Below, piece after piece: positions 35,086 to 43,378 of a DNA stretch of 43,611 nt. The notes below the pieces were generated by a model. The model did no database searches. It was not told where the DNA came from and worked only from the letters and a program-made list of their open reading frames with translations. Numbering within the stretch: the stretch's first letter is position 1; the number at the start of each line of letters is the position of its first letter. This stretch comes from Candidatus Uhrbacteria bacterium (GTDB lineage: Bacteria > Patescibacteriota > Patescibacteriia > UBA9934 > UBA11717). The DNA lies in assembly GCA_003509895.1 (NCBI GenBank), contig DOMJ01000003.1, forward strand, positions 351-43,961, given 5' to 3'. A program made the position numbers and the translations under genes.

Positions 35086-35094
35086 TGATAAGAT
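35086..35094 (+). promoter_or_regulatory. extended -10 element TGaTAAGAT, 6 nt upstream of the udg ATG (leaderless candidate)
   Basis: The sequence tgataagat-agaaac-ATG has no SD. Confidence 0.45.
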
Positions 35095-35100
35095 AGAAAC

Positions 35101-35709
35101 ATGATGCAGGACCAGAAACAGCGGGCAATGCAGGCTATTCACAAGGAACTTGTGGCCTTTCATGTATCCCCGTTGTATGAAGAACGGATTCAAAGCGGGA
35201 TGCAGCCCGTAATAGGAGAAGGATCATTGCAGGCGCGCGTGGTGTTTATTGGAGAGGCACCCGGCAAAAAAGAGGCGTTGTCCGGCCGGCCGTTTTGTGG
35301 AGCATCCGGAAAAGTCCTAGATCAACTACTGGAAGAATCCGATTTGGCTCGTGAAGACGTGTACATCACGAACATTGTAAAAGATCGACCGCCCAATAAT
35401 CGAGATCCAAAGCCTGAAGAGATAACGCTCTATGGACCATTTTTGGACAGGCAGCTCTTCATTATTCAACCACAGATTATTGCAACGCTTGGCCGATTTT
35501 CTATGGAGTATATCCTGCGTCGTTATGGATTGGAGGATCAACTGAGATCGATCTCCGAGGCACACGGTGTTGCCCATACGGCTATCACGGATTTTGGCCC
35601 TGTGTGTATCCTGCCGCTCTACCACCCGGCGGTTGCTGTGTATAATAGAAAGAGGTTTGACGAGCTGCTTACGGATATGCAATTACTCAACTCTTTTTAC
35701 TCGCATTGA
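35101..35709 (+). CDS. udg: uracil-DNA glycosylase, family 4-type (variant without the Fe-S cysteines)
   Basis: 'FIGEAPGKKEALSGRPFCGASGKVLD' and 'LPLYHPAVAVYN'. The N-terminal Cys cluster of classical family 4 is absent. Confidence 0.82.
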   Translation: MMQDQKQRAMQAIHKELVAFHVSPLYEERIQSGMQPVIGEGSLQARVVFIGEAPGKKEALSGRPFCGASGKVLDQLLEESDLAREDVYITNIVKDRPPNNRDPKPEEITLYGPFLDRQLFIIQPQIIATLGRFSMEYILRRYGLEDQLRSISEAHGVAHTAITDFGPVCILPLYHPAVAVYNRKRFDELLTDMQLLNSFYSH

Positions 35710-35719
35710 AAAATACGGT

Positions 35720-36304
35720 ATGTCATGCGGATCCGTGGAAGTTATTTGCGGTGGAATGTTCTCCGGAAAAACCGAAGAACTATTGAGGCGTATGAGACGT
35801 GAGCAATACGCTCGACGCAGAATTCAGCTGTTTAAACATGGTTTTGATCAACGCTATACGGAGGGTCATGTAGAATCTCACTCATCGCTTAAACTTCCGT
35901 CGGAGGAAGTGACAACGGCGGCTGAACTGTTTGCTCAGGTTAAAACAGATACGCGTGTTGTAGGTATTGATGAGGTGCAATTCTTTGACGATGAGATTGT
36001 CTCTGTGGTAAATCAACTCGCAGACCGTGGCATACGCGTGATTGTTGCGGGACTGGACACGGACTATAAGGGTGTGCCATTTGGCCCAATACCTCATTTA
36101 ATGGCAATCGCCGAGGACGTAACCAAGATTCGCGCTGTGTGCGTGCTCTGCGGCGGGCCCGCAAGCAGATCTCATAGATTAAGCAGAGAAGGAGATCAGG
36201 TGGAGGTGGGGGCTGCAGATGTCTATGAGGCTCGTTGCCGATCCTGTGACGGGCTCCATGTGTGTAATGTTTATCAATCACATTTTTATGAAACGACTCA
36301 TTAG
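35720..36304 (+). CDS. tdk: thymidine kinase
   Basis: P-loop 'GGMFSGKTEELLRR', 'VVGIDEVQFFD' and zinc-ribbon cysteines 'CVLCG...RCRSC'. The track ORF starts at 35567 inside udg. Confidence 0.92.
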   Translation: MSCGSVEVICGGMFSGKTEELLRRMRREQYARRRIQLFKHGFDQRYTEGHVESHSSLKLPSEEVTTAAELFAQVKTDTRVVGIDEVQFFDDEIVSVVNQLADRGIRVIVAGLDTDYKGVPFGPIPHLMAIAEDVTKIRAVCVLCGGPASRSHRLSREGDQVEVGAADVYEARCRSCDGLHVCNVYQSHFYETTH

Positions 36305-36812
36305 TATCCTGTTTGCCTTTATTTTGTTGGGTGCCGGCTGCGCATCGTCCACAACGGAATCAACCGTTGCACAATCAACCTGGTTTTTAACCCGTGTAGA
36401 CGAGCAACCGCTGTACGCTTTTCGTCCGTATTGGCAGGCGCGTGTAGACTTTCCCTCCTACCCCGAGCGATCCCGTATAGATGGGAACGATCGCGTTTGG
36501 CTTCAAAATGTGGCTGCACCGGTGCGCGTGGAGGATTACCCCTACAAGACAACGATTGATTATTACGAGGGTGATGATTGGATTGTGTTAGACACGATTG
36601 CTTTTGATCCAAAATCCACCATGCCCTCCAGTGCGGAGCTGCGCCAAATAGGAGGCAAAACAATTGGAGTGATTCCAAACGGAACGGGCGCGTTTACGAT
36701 GTATTTTCTGAAAACAGACGGTGGGCTGTTTCAAATCATTCCCTATCATGGAAGTGGGGTGAGTGACCAAGAGGTAGAAGCGCTGATGGGACAACTGGAA
36801 GATAACACATGA
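36288..36812 (+). CDS. lipoprotein, function unknown
   Basis: 'MKRLISILFAFILLGAGCASS' (lipobox). It overlaps the tdk 3' end by 17 nt. The track ORF starts at 36219. Confidence 0.65.
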   Translation: MKRLISILFAFILLGAGCASSTTESTVAQSTWFLTRVDEQPLYAFRPYWQARVDFPSYPERSRIDGNDRVWLQNVAAPVRVEDYPYKTTIDYYEGDDWIVLDTIAFDPKSTMPSSAELRQIGGKTIGVIPNGTGAFTMYFLKTDGGLFQIIPYHGSGVSDQEVEALMGQLEDNT

Positions 36813-37285
36813 TGCTGTACTACCTAGGGACACTGTACGAGGTGAGTCCATATAGGAAGTTTGACGAGCGATATATTTGGTTTGAGCAAGGATCATGTTT
36901 TGTATCCATGCCGCAGGGTGATGTGCAACAGATACGGCATTTGGTGAACAAATGGGTGGAGCGGGAGGCAAAGGTCTACCTTACACAACGCGTTCGTCAG
37001 TTGTCGCAGGAGACGGATTGGCACGTGCACCGTGTATCGTTTAGACGGCAATCCACTATTTGGGGGAGCTGCAGTAGTCAAAAAAATCTGAGTTTGAATT
37101 TGCAGTTGATTCATTTGGATCCCGCACTGATTGATTATGTGTTGATTCATGAGCTGGCGCATACACGAGAGATGAATCATTCAAGAGCTTTTTGGCATCT
37201 GGTGGCACAGCATTGTCCGGATTATCCACAGATAAAGCGCGCGCTCCTAGATGCACACAGAACAATAAAAGAGCACGCTCGGTAG
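36809..37285 (+). CDS. YgjP-like (DUF45/M48-type) metal-dependent hydrolase
   Basis: 'STIWGSCSSQKNLSLNLQLIHL' and the zinc motif 'YVLIHELAHTREMNHSRAFW'. ATGA overlap with the upstream gene. Confidence 0.8.
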   Translation: MMLYYLGTLYEVSPYRKFDERYIWFEQGSCFVSMPQGDVQQIRHLVNKWVEREAKVYLTQRVRQLSQETDWHVHRVSFRRQSTIWGSCSSQKNLSLNLQLIHLDPALIDYVLIHELAHTREMNHSRAFWHLVAQHCPDYPQIKRALLDAHRTIKEHAR

Positions 37286-37318
37286 GTTTGTGCGGCCTGC
37301 CGTGAATTTTTCTATCTG

Positions 37319-37327
37319 TGCTAAAAT
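37319..37327 (+). promoter_or_regulatory. extended -10 element TGcTAAAAT, 6 nt upstream of the helicase ATG (leaderless candidate)
   Basis: The sequence tgctaaaat-gcgcac-ATG has no SD. Confidence 0.5.
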
Positions 37328-37333
37328 GCGCAC

Positions 37334-40210
37334 ATGTCGAATGTACTTGAAGGATTAAACGAGGAGCAATTGCAGGCCGTCACGCACACGTCCGGTCCGT
37401 TGATGATTATTGCGGGTGCAGGTACAGGCAAAACAACGGTTATGACACGCCGTATTGCTTGGCTTATAGAACAGAATCTGGCAGAACCGGATCAAATTTT
37501 GGCATTAACCTTTACGGAAAAGGCTGCCACAGAAATGGAAACTCGAGTTGACAGGCTGCTCCCGTATGGGTATGTGGATCTATGGATTTCTACGTTTCAT
37601 GCGTTTTGTCAGCGGATCCTGTTGGAACACGGGTTTGATATTGGATTGACCAACGATGCGCAGCTTCTTACAGAAACGGAGGCCTGGTTACTTATACGCA
37701 ATCATTGGGATCGTTTTGGTCTACACTACTATAAGCCACTTGGCAACCCAACAAAGTTTTTGCGTGCGCTGCTGACACACATTTCTCGGTTGAAGGATGA
37801 AGCAGTTGGACCCGAAGAATACAAAGCACACGTTGCATCGTTAACAGACATAGAGGAAGAAGAACGGTCTCGACTCATGGAGCTTGTACGAGCGTATGAG
37901 GTGTACGAGGCAATTTTGCACGAGCAGACGGTTTTGGATTTTGGAGGGCTTGTTTTGTACACGCTCAAATTACTGCGTGATCGACCATCTATCCTCAAAC
38001 GGTATCAGCAGCAATTCCGATATGTGATTGTGGATGAGTTTCAGGACACTAATTGGGCGCAATACGAGATTGTTCGATTGTTGGCGGGCGAACAGCAAAA
38101 TGTTGCTGTTGTGGGCGATGATGATCAAGCTATTTATAGATTTCGTGGGGCCTCTATCTCCAACATTTTGCAATTTGAGAAAGATTTTCCCGGAACTCAG
38201 CGTGTTGTACTTACCAAAAATTACCGTACCGTACAGCCGATTTTGGACAAAGCCTATGCTTTTATTGCACTCAATAATCCAAGAAGACTGGAAGTGTCGC
38301 TGCAGGAAACACACGGATTGTCTAAGAAGCTACAAAGTCAGGTCTCCGGAGAGGGGAGTATACGTCATCTTCATGCAGAGTCTCTTGCTGCAGAAGTCCA
38401 AATTGTCCTACGTGAGATGACGATGCTCAAGCAGTCAACGGACTGCGATTGGAGTGACATAGCCATTTTGGTACGAGCAAACGATCACGCGGATCCATTT
38501 TTGTCGGCGATGGATTCAGCCAGTATTCCGTATCATTTTTTGGCACGACGTGGCTTGTATAGAAAACCCATTGTCCTTGATGCCATTGCTCTGTTGCGCG
38601 TTATAGATGATCCGTTTGATTCCTCGAGCCTCTACCGCCTCTACGCACACCCACTTATTGGTATTTCGGAACAAGATCTGATTTCCGTTACGCACACGGC
38701 AAAGCAAAAAGGCGTGTCGTTAGTGGAGGCCATACATTTTTCCGAATGTGTTCTTTCACCCGATGGGGCGTCCCGTTTGCAGGAATGGTCGCAGTTTCTT
38801 AAGGAAATTCGACTCTCCGCAAATCGTCGTAACGCGCTAGAGGTTTTTGCAGAAGCCTTAAAACAGTCCGGACTTTATGGGGCCCTCTTACAATCGGACG
38901 AGGCGGCACAATGGGAACAGTCAAACTATCTCCAACAGTTTTACGAGCGTGTGCGGCGTTTTATTCAAACAAATAGGGATACGAGCCTCCATGCTTTTGT
39001 CCAAGAATTTGAACGAGAACGACTTGCGGGCGAGGAGGGAGGCCTTTCAATAGATACGCAGTCGGGACCAGATGAGGTGCAGGTGATGACGGTACACGGA
39101 TCCAAGGGGTTGGAGTTTCGGTTTGTCTTTTTGTTGAATCTTGTGAATCGTCGGTTTCCGGCACAGCGTAGAACGGATCCAATTCCGTTACGGGAGGATT
39201 TAATCAGGCAACCACAAACCGATGGAGATTCGCACTTGGAAGAAGAACGTCGCCTCCTCTATGTTGGAATGACACGAGCCAAGGAACGACTCTATTTTAC
39301 TTCGGCAGACGTATATAGCGGTACTCAGACAAAAAAAATTTCCCAATTTTTGTCTGAAATGGGGTACGAGAAGCCGGAGACGTCCGCAGTGTTTACAGGT
39401 TCCTTTTTGGATGCTGCAAGTACACCCGATCACCTTCTTACGTCCGGTATGACGTTGCCCATTCCCACAGTTTTTTCTTTTACCCAGCTTGTCACCTACG
39501 GTCATTGTCCCTTGCAGTATAAGTTTGCGCACATTCTCACTATTCCAACGTTCGGTGGCCCGGCGCTCAGTTTTGGAAAAACCATACATAATACACTCCA
39601 ATTGTTTCTTGAAGACAGACTTCAATCGGTAGAAGGGGGAGGGCCAATAAAGCCGTTTCTGTCGGAGGAGGAACTGATCACACTCTACCACGAGCAATGG
39701 ATTGAGGACTGGTATCAAGACACGTCCCAGCAGGACACATACAAGCGGGAAGGGGAAGAGAGCTTGCGCGCGTATTATCAGATACTCACAACACATCCAC
39801 CGGAACCGCTCTTTTTGGAACGCGGGTTTACCATCAAAATAGAGGATATTATTATTCGAGGACGGGTGGATAGGATTGATCGTGTTGAGGGAGGAGTGGA
39901 AATTATTGATTACAAAACAGGAACACCCAAGACGCTCAAAGACCTGTCCACAACAGATAAGATGCAGCTTATGCTGTACCAACTTGCCGCAAAGGAATTA
40001 TTTGGATTAGAGCCAAAACGCCTTACGTTCCATTACCTCAAGGATCATTCTCAGGTTTCGTTTTTGGCCACAGATGAAGAATTAACTGGCCTGAAAAAAA
40101 CCATTCAAAAGCAGGTGGCTCGTATTCGGGATCGGCAATTTGATCCAACTCCCGGGTTTATGTGCCAACACTGTGATTTTAAGGAGATTTGCCCCTTTCG
40201 ATCCATATGA
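37334..40210 (+). CDS. UvrD/PcrA-type SF1 helicase fused to a C-terminal Cas4/AddB-like PD-(D/E)XK Fe-S nuclease
   Basis: Helicase motifs 'IIAGAGTGKTT', 'VIVDEFQDTN', 'VVGDDDQAIYRFRGA', 'LTKNYRT', 'VMTVHGSKGLEF' and 'LLYVGMTRAKERL'. Nuclease motifs 'YGHCPLQYKF', 'GRVDRID...IIDYKTG', 'QLMLYQLA' and 'CQHCDFKEICPF'. Confidence 0.9.
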   Translation: MSNVLEGLNEEQLQAVTHTSGPLMIIAGAGTGKTTVMTRRIAWLIEQNLAEPDQILALTFTEKAATEMETRVDRLLPYGYVDLWISTFHAFCQRILLEHGFDIGLTNDAQLLTETEAWLLIRNHWDRFGLHYYKPLGNPTKFLRALLTHISRLKDEAVGPEEYKAHVASLTDIEEEERSRLMELVRAYEVYEAILHEQTVLDFGGLVLYTLKLLRDRPSILKRYQQQFRYVIVDEFQDTNWAQYEIVRLLAGEQQNVAVVGDDDQAIYRFRGASISNILQFEKDFPGTQRVVLTKNYRTVQPILDKAYAFIALNNPRRLEVSLQETHGLSKKLQSQVSGEGSIRHLHAESLAAEVQIVLREMTMLKQSTDCDWSDIAILVRANDHADPFLSAMDSASIPYHFLARRGLYRKPIVLDAIALLRVIDDPFDSSSLYRLYAHPLIGISEQDLISVTHTAKQKGVSLVEAIHFSECVLSPDGASRLQEWSQFLKEIRLSANRRNALEVFAEALKQSGLYGALLQSDEAAQWEQSNYLQQFYERVRRFIQTNRDTSLHAFVQEFERERLAGEEGGLSIDTQSGPDEVQVMTVHGSKGLEFRFVFLLNLVNRRFPAQRRTDPIPLREDLIRQPQTDGDSHLEEERRLLYVGMTRAKERLYFTSADVYSGTQTKKISQFLSEMGYEKPETSAVFTGSFLDAASTPDHLLTSGMTLPIPTVFSFTQLVTYGHCPLQYKFAHILTIPTFGGPALSFGKTIHNTLQLFLEDRLQSVEGGGPIKPFLSEEELITLYHEQWIEDWYQDTSQQDTYKREGEESLRAYYQILTTHPPEPLFLERGFTIKIEDIIIRGRVDRIDRVEGGVEIIDYKTGTPKTLKDLSTTDKMQLMLYQLAAKELFGLEPKRLTFHYLKDHSQVSFLATDEELTGLKKTIQKQVARIRDRQFDPTPGFMCQHCDFKEICPFRSI

Positions 40211-40551
40211 AAAAACCGGAAAAATTGCTTGGAGACCTTTTGGGTGGCGCTCTTCAGAGAGCCGGCATTATGCAACAGGTGGGGGCCGCTATTATTGTGG
40301 AGGCGGCGGATCAAGCGTTGGAAGAACTTTTTGATCAGGGAATTTTAGAATATGCACGGTGTCGCGCCTACAGAGATAACGGTTTGTTGACTGCTTGCCG
40401 TCATGCGGCGGTTGCTCAGGGGATCAAGTTACGTAAAGGAGATCTTATCGCCGCTATAACTCGAAGGGTTCCACGAGCCGATATTCTAGAGCTGGAAATC
40501 GTCCACCGAACTTCGACCAACCGTAAAGCCGCGTGGTATGATTTGGAATAA
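40207..40551 (+). CDS. DUF721/DciA-like protein
   Basis: About 114 aa. The pattern 'LLGDLLGGALQRAGIMQQVGAAIIVEAADQAL...NGLLTACRHAAVAQGIKLRKGDLIAAI' matches my recollection of DUF721. The start forms an ATGA overlap with the helicase stop. Confidence 0.55.
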   Translation: MKKPEKLLGDLLGGALQRAGIMQQVGAAIIVEAADQALEELFDQGILEYARCRAYRDNGLLTACRHAAVAQGIKLRKGDLIAAITRRVPRADILELEIVHRTSTNRKAAWYDLE

Positions 40552-40942
40552 TGCAACTATGCCTCTCCGTTACACCATTCTCTTTATTGGTTTTGGAACG
40601 CTGCTTGCTATTGGTGGGCTGGTTGCGATTGTGTATTCTGTATCGCCGGCAGACCTTGTCTGGTGGGGGATGCTTGTTTTTTATGCGCTTGTTTTTTTGA
40701 TAACACTTGGGACACTTACCATTCTAGGAACCGTTGTGCGCGTCAGATTCTTAAAAGCGGACATTCCAATTCGTCAGCTGACACGTTCCTTTAGGCAAGG
40801 TGTTTTCTTAGGGGTTTTGGCCTGTGTCGGCCTCTTTCTTTCTCATCTCCAACTGTTAACTACCTGGAGCCTGCTTCTTTTAGTACTTGCATTGGCCTTT
40901 TTAGAGCTTTTTTTCCTGACTTCACGGTCACGTGCAACATAG
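40538..40942 (+). CDS. four-TM membrane protein, function unknown
   Basis: Four hydrophobic helices. Alternative start at 40559 (MPLRY). Confidence 0.55.
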   Translation: MIWNNATMPLRYTILFIGFGTLLAIGGLVAIVYSVSPADLVWWGMLVFYALVFLITLGTLTILGTVVRVRFLKADIPIRQLTRSFRQGVFLGVLACVGLFLSHLQLLTTWSLLLLVLALAFLELFFLTSRSRAT

Positions 40943-40954
40943 AGAGCATTTGTG

Positions 40955-40960
40955 TATAAT
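40955..40960 (+). promoter_or_regulatory. consensus -10 hexamer TATAAT upstream of mreB
   Basis: TATAAT lies 53 nt upstream of the mreB ATG. No good -35 is present. Confidence 0.4.
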
Positions 40961-41013
40961 CATCTTAGTAGAACAACAGGGGGACGTTGTCGTTATCCCT
41001 TTTTTCTTTTCCT

Positions 41014-42081
41014 ATGTTTAAGCAATTGCTTGGAAAATTTTCAAAAGATCTTGGTATCGATCTTGGTACCACAAACACACTTGTCTATTCGCAAGAGAAG
41101 GGAATTGTGATTAATGAGCCATCGGTCGTGGCAATGAACTCACGAACAGGACAAATATTGGCTGTTGGACGAGATGCGCGCAACATGATAGACAAAACGC
41201 CTCCTCACATCTCAACGGTTCGACCGCTTATGAAGGGCGTGATTTCCGACTTTGAAGTTACGGAGAAAATGCTTAAATACTTTATTGACGTTGTGCATTC
41301 GGAAACGTTTACCTTTGTCCCACGCCCACGCGTTGTTGTTGGCGTTCCTTTGGAAATTACGGAGGTGGAGCGTAAAGCGGTAGAAGATGCCGTGTTATCC
41401 GCCGGTGCGCGCGAGGTGTTTTTAGTGGAGGCACCGATGGCCGCCGCTATTGGTGGACGTCTACCGGTCATGGAATCCGTAGGAAGTATGTTGGTAGATT
41501 TAGGTGGGGGAACCACAGAGATTGCCGCCGTATCTTTGGGAGGTGTTGTTACATGGAAGTCGCTAAGCGTCGCCGGTGAGGAGCTCAATAAAAATATTGT
41601 GCAATATGCACGGGATGCGTTTAATTTGCTTATTGGGGATAAGGTTGCAGAAGAGATAAAAATGAAGATTGGTTCTGCGGCAACGTTAAGTGAACCACTG
41701 GTGATCCCGATGAGAGGACGAGATTTGATTACGGGGCTGCCTCGCGAGATTGCGGTTAATGACACGCAGATTAGGGAGGCCATGAGTCGTTCTATCAAAT
41801 TTATCATAGACAATATTAAGGCAACTCTCGAGGTTACGCCGCCGGAGCTGGTGGCAGATATTTATGAGCGAGGACTGATTCTTGTGGGCGGAGGGGCGCT
41901 CTTAACAAACCTGGATGAGGCGATTGCAAAGGAAATCCAGATCCCTGTTCGTATCGCAGATGACCCGCTGGCCTGTGTGGCACGTGGAACGGGTGCTCTG
42001 TTGGATAATCCGGCACTTTTGCATGACCTTGCCCTCCCGTCGGCCACGGATGATCGTCGATCTTTTTTATCTAAAATATGA
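41014..42081 (+). CDS. mreB: rod shape-determining protein MreB
   Basis: 'MFKQLLGKFSKDLGIDLGTTNTLVY', 'VVGVPLEITEVERKA', 'DLGGGTTEIA' and 'LVGGGALL'. The track ORF starts at a TTG at 40987. Confidence 0.95.
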   Translation: MFKQLLGKFSKDLGIDLGTTNTLVYSQEKGIVINEPSVVAMNSRTGQILAVGRDARNMIDKTPPHISTVRPLMKGVISDFEVTEKMLKYFIDVVHSETFTFVPRPRVVVGVPLEITEVERKAVEDAVLSAGAREVFLVEAPMAAAIGGRLPVMESVGSMLVDLGGGTTEIAAVSLGGVVTWKSLSVAGEELNKNIVQYARDAFNLLIGDKVAEEIKMKIGSAATLSEPLVIPMRGRDLITGLPREIAVNDTQIREAMSRSIKFIIDNIKATLEVTPPELVADIYERGLILVGGGALLTNLDEAIAKEIQIPVRIADDPLACVARGTGALLDNPALLHDLALPSATDDRRSFLSKI

Positions 42082-42884
42082 GATCGAAATCCGTGGAATG
42101 GGGTGTTCGTTTTGCCATGATTGCGGTTGCTGCTCTGGTTTTGGCCGTCTTGGCTCGCACAAATATTGTTCGGGGGGCGAGTGGGCGTTTTTTGAGCTGG
42201 ATTGAGTCTCCGTTTACGATCGTCTCGGACGCTGTTGGAAACCAGGGGGCCGTTGTCTTTTCTTCTCGACAAGAGTTAATCGCAGAACTACAGGAACGTG
42301 AGGAGCAAGTTTTACAACTCGCCAAAATCGCCGCTCGTTGGGAGCAGGCGGAGCAAGAGAGAGACCAAGCGCTCCTCTTTTTAGGGTACAAGAGCGGCTC
42401 GTCAGAGATTATGGTACCGGCTAAGATACGCGTACGGTCGTCAATACGAGATTCCGACAGCGTCCTTATAGACAAAGGAGCCGTAGACGGTATTAAAACG
42501 CAGCAAGCTGTTATTACGGGCGATGGTGCTCTCTATGGCTTGGTTGGTGAGGTCTTCGCTCAAACGGCGCGAGTTGTTCGCCTCACAGATCCAACGGTTG
42601 TTCTTGGAGGGCGGCTTTTGGATTCCGAGCAAACGTTGGGTGTTATGGAGGGTGGTTTTGGACCCGTCGTTCGCATGGCCTATGTTGCACAAGATACGGA
42701 CGTTCATTTAAACGATGTCATTGTTACGTCCGGCGTGGATCCGTTTGTGCCCGCTGGGATTGTGATCGGACTTGTGAATGCGATTGAGGAAGATCCAAAT
42801 GCGCCCTTTTTAACACTGTATGTAGAGCCGCTCGCACAAGTACAAAAAACCCGTCTCGTGGGCGTTATTCAGTCGCCCCTATGA
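42078..42884 (+). CDS. mreC: rod shape-determining protein MreC
   Basis: ATGA-coupled to mreB. An N-terminal TM, a coiled coil, and the beta-rich 'VITGDGALYGLVGEVFAQTARVVRLTDP'. Confidence 0.85.
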   Translation: MRSKSVEWGVRFAMIAVAALVLAVLARTNIVRGASGRFLSWIESPFTIVSDAVGNQGAVVFSSRQELIAELQEREEQVLQLAKIAARWEQAEQERDQALLFLGYKSGSSEIMVPAKIRVRSSIRDSDSVLIDKGAVDGIKTQQAVITGDGALYGLVGEVFAQTARVVRLTDPTVVLGGRLLDSEQTLGVMEGGFGPVVRMAYVAQDTDVHLNDVIVTSGVDPFVPAGIVIGLVNAIEEDPNAPFLTLYVEPLAQVQKTRLVGVIQSPL

Positions 42885-43378
42885 TGCGCTTTTTATTGCA
42901 CACACTCCTTCTTCTTACCTGCCTGGCAGTGGAATATGGGTTTATTCATGGTCTTGCGGTGCCCTGGTCGCTTATTCCGCTCTGTCTGGCAATTGGGGTC
43001 TTCTTTGTGTTTACGCTTCACGTGGATCTTGGGCTGTTTTGGTTCGTGGGAGTCGGGTTTGTGTCGGATTTACAATCAATGCATCCCGTTGGTGAAACCC
43101 TGATCGGCGCTCTGGTTGGAGGATTACTTATTTATGTTGTGCAGCAACACATTTCGCATAGCTCTCTTTACTCAGTCATGATACTCGGGGGCGGGGTCTC
43201 CTTTGTTTGGCTGATGAGTTCTCAGGTACTGAGGCTTCTATTTGGCAGTTCTGCCACGTTTGAGTTTGGTATGATACTGGAGGAGGTCTTGTTTGCCATG
43301 CTATTGTCGGCAGTGCTTTTGTTAATTATTCCGCGTGTGCAAAAACGCGTGAGTCGTACAATACGCCTACAGCCATGA
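42881..43378 (+). CDS. mreD: rod shape-determining protein MreD
   Basis: ATGA-coupled to mreC. 165 aa with about 5 TM helices. Called mainly from position. Confidence 0.7.
   Translation: MMRFLLHTLLLLTCLAVEYGFIHGLAVPWSLIPLCLAIGVFFVFTLHVDLGLFWFVGVGFVSDLQSMHPVGETLIGALVGGLLIYVVQQHISHSSLYSVMILGGGVSFVWLMSSQVLRLLFGSSATFEFGMILEEVLFAMLLSAVLLLIIPRVQKRVSRTIRLQP

Noticed and set aside
31606-35100. Calling the GC-rich units a mobile element, prophage or genomic island with defined ends.
   Set aside because: I found no integrase, transposase or recombinase, no tRNA target, and no terminal inverted or direct repeats at the composition boundaries. lysK in the middle has host-like composition. Only the compositional and signal anomalies are reported.
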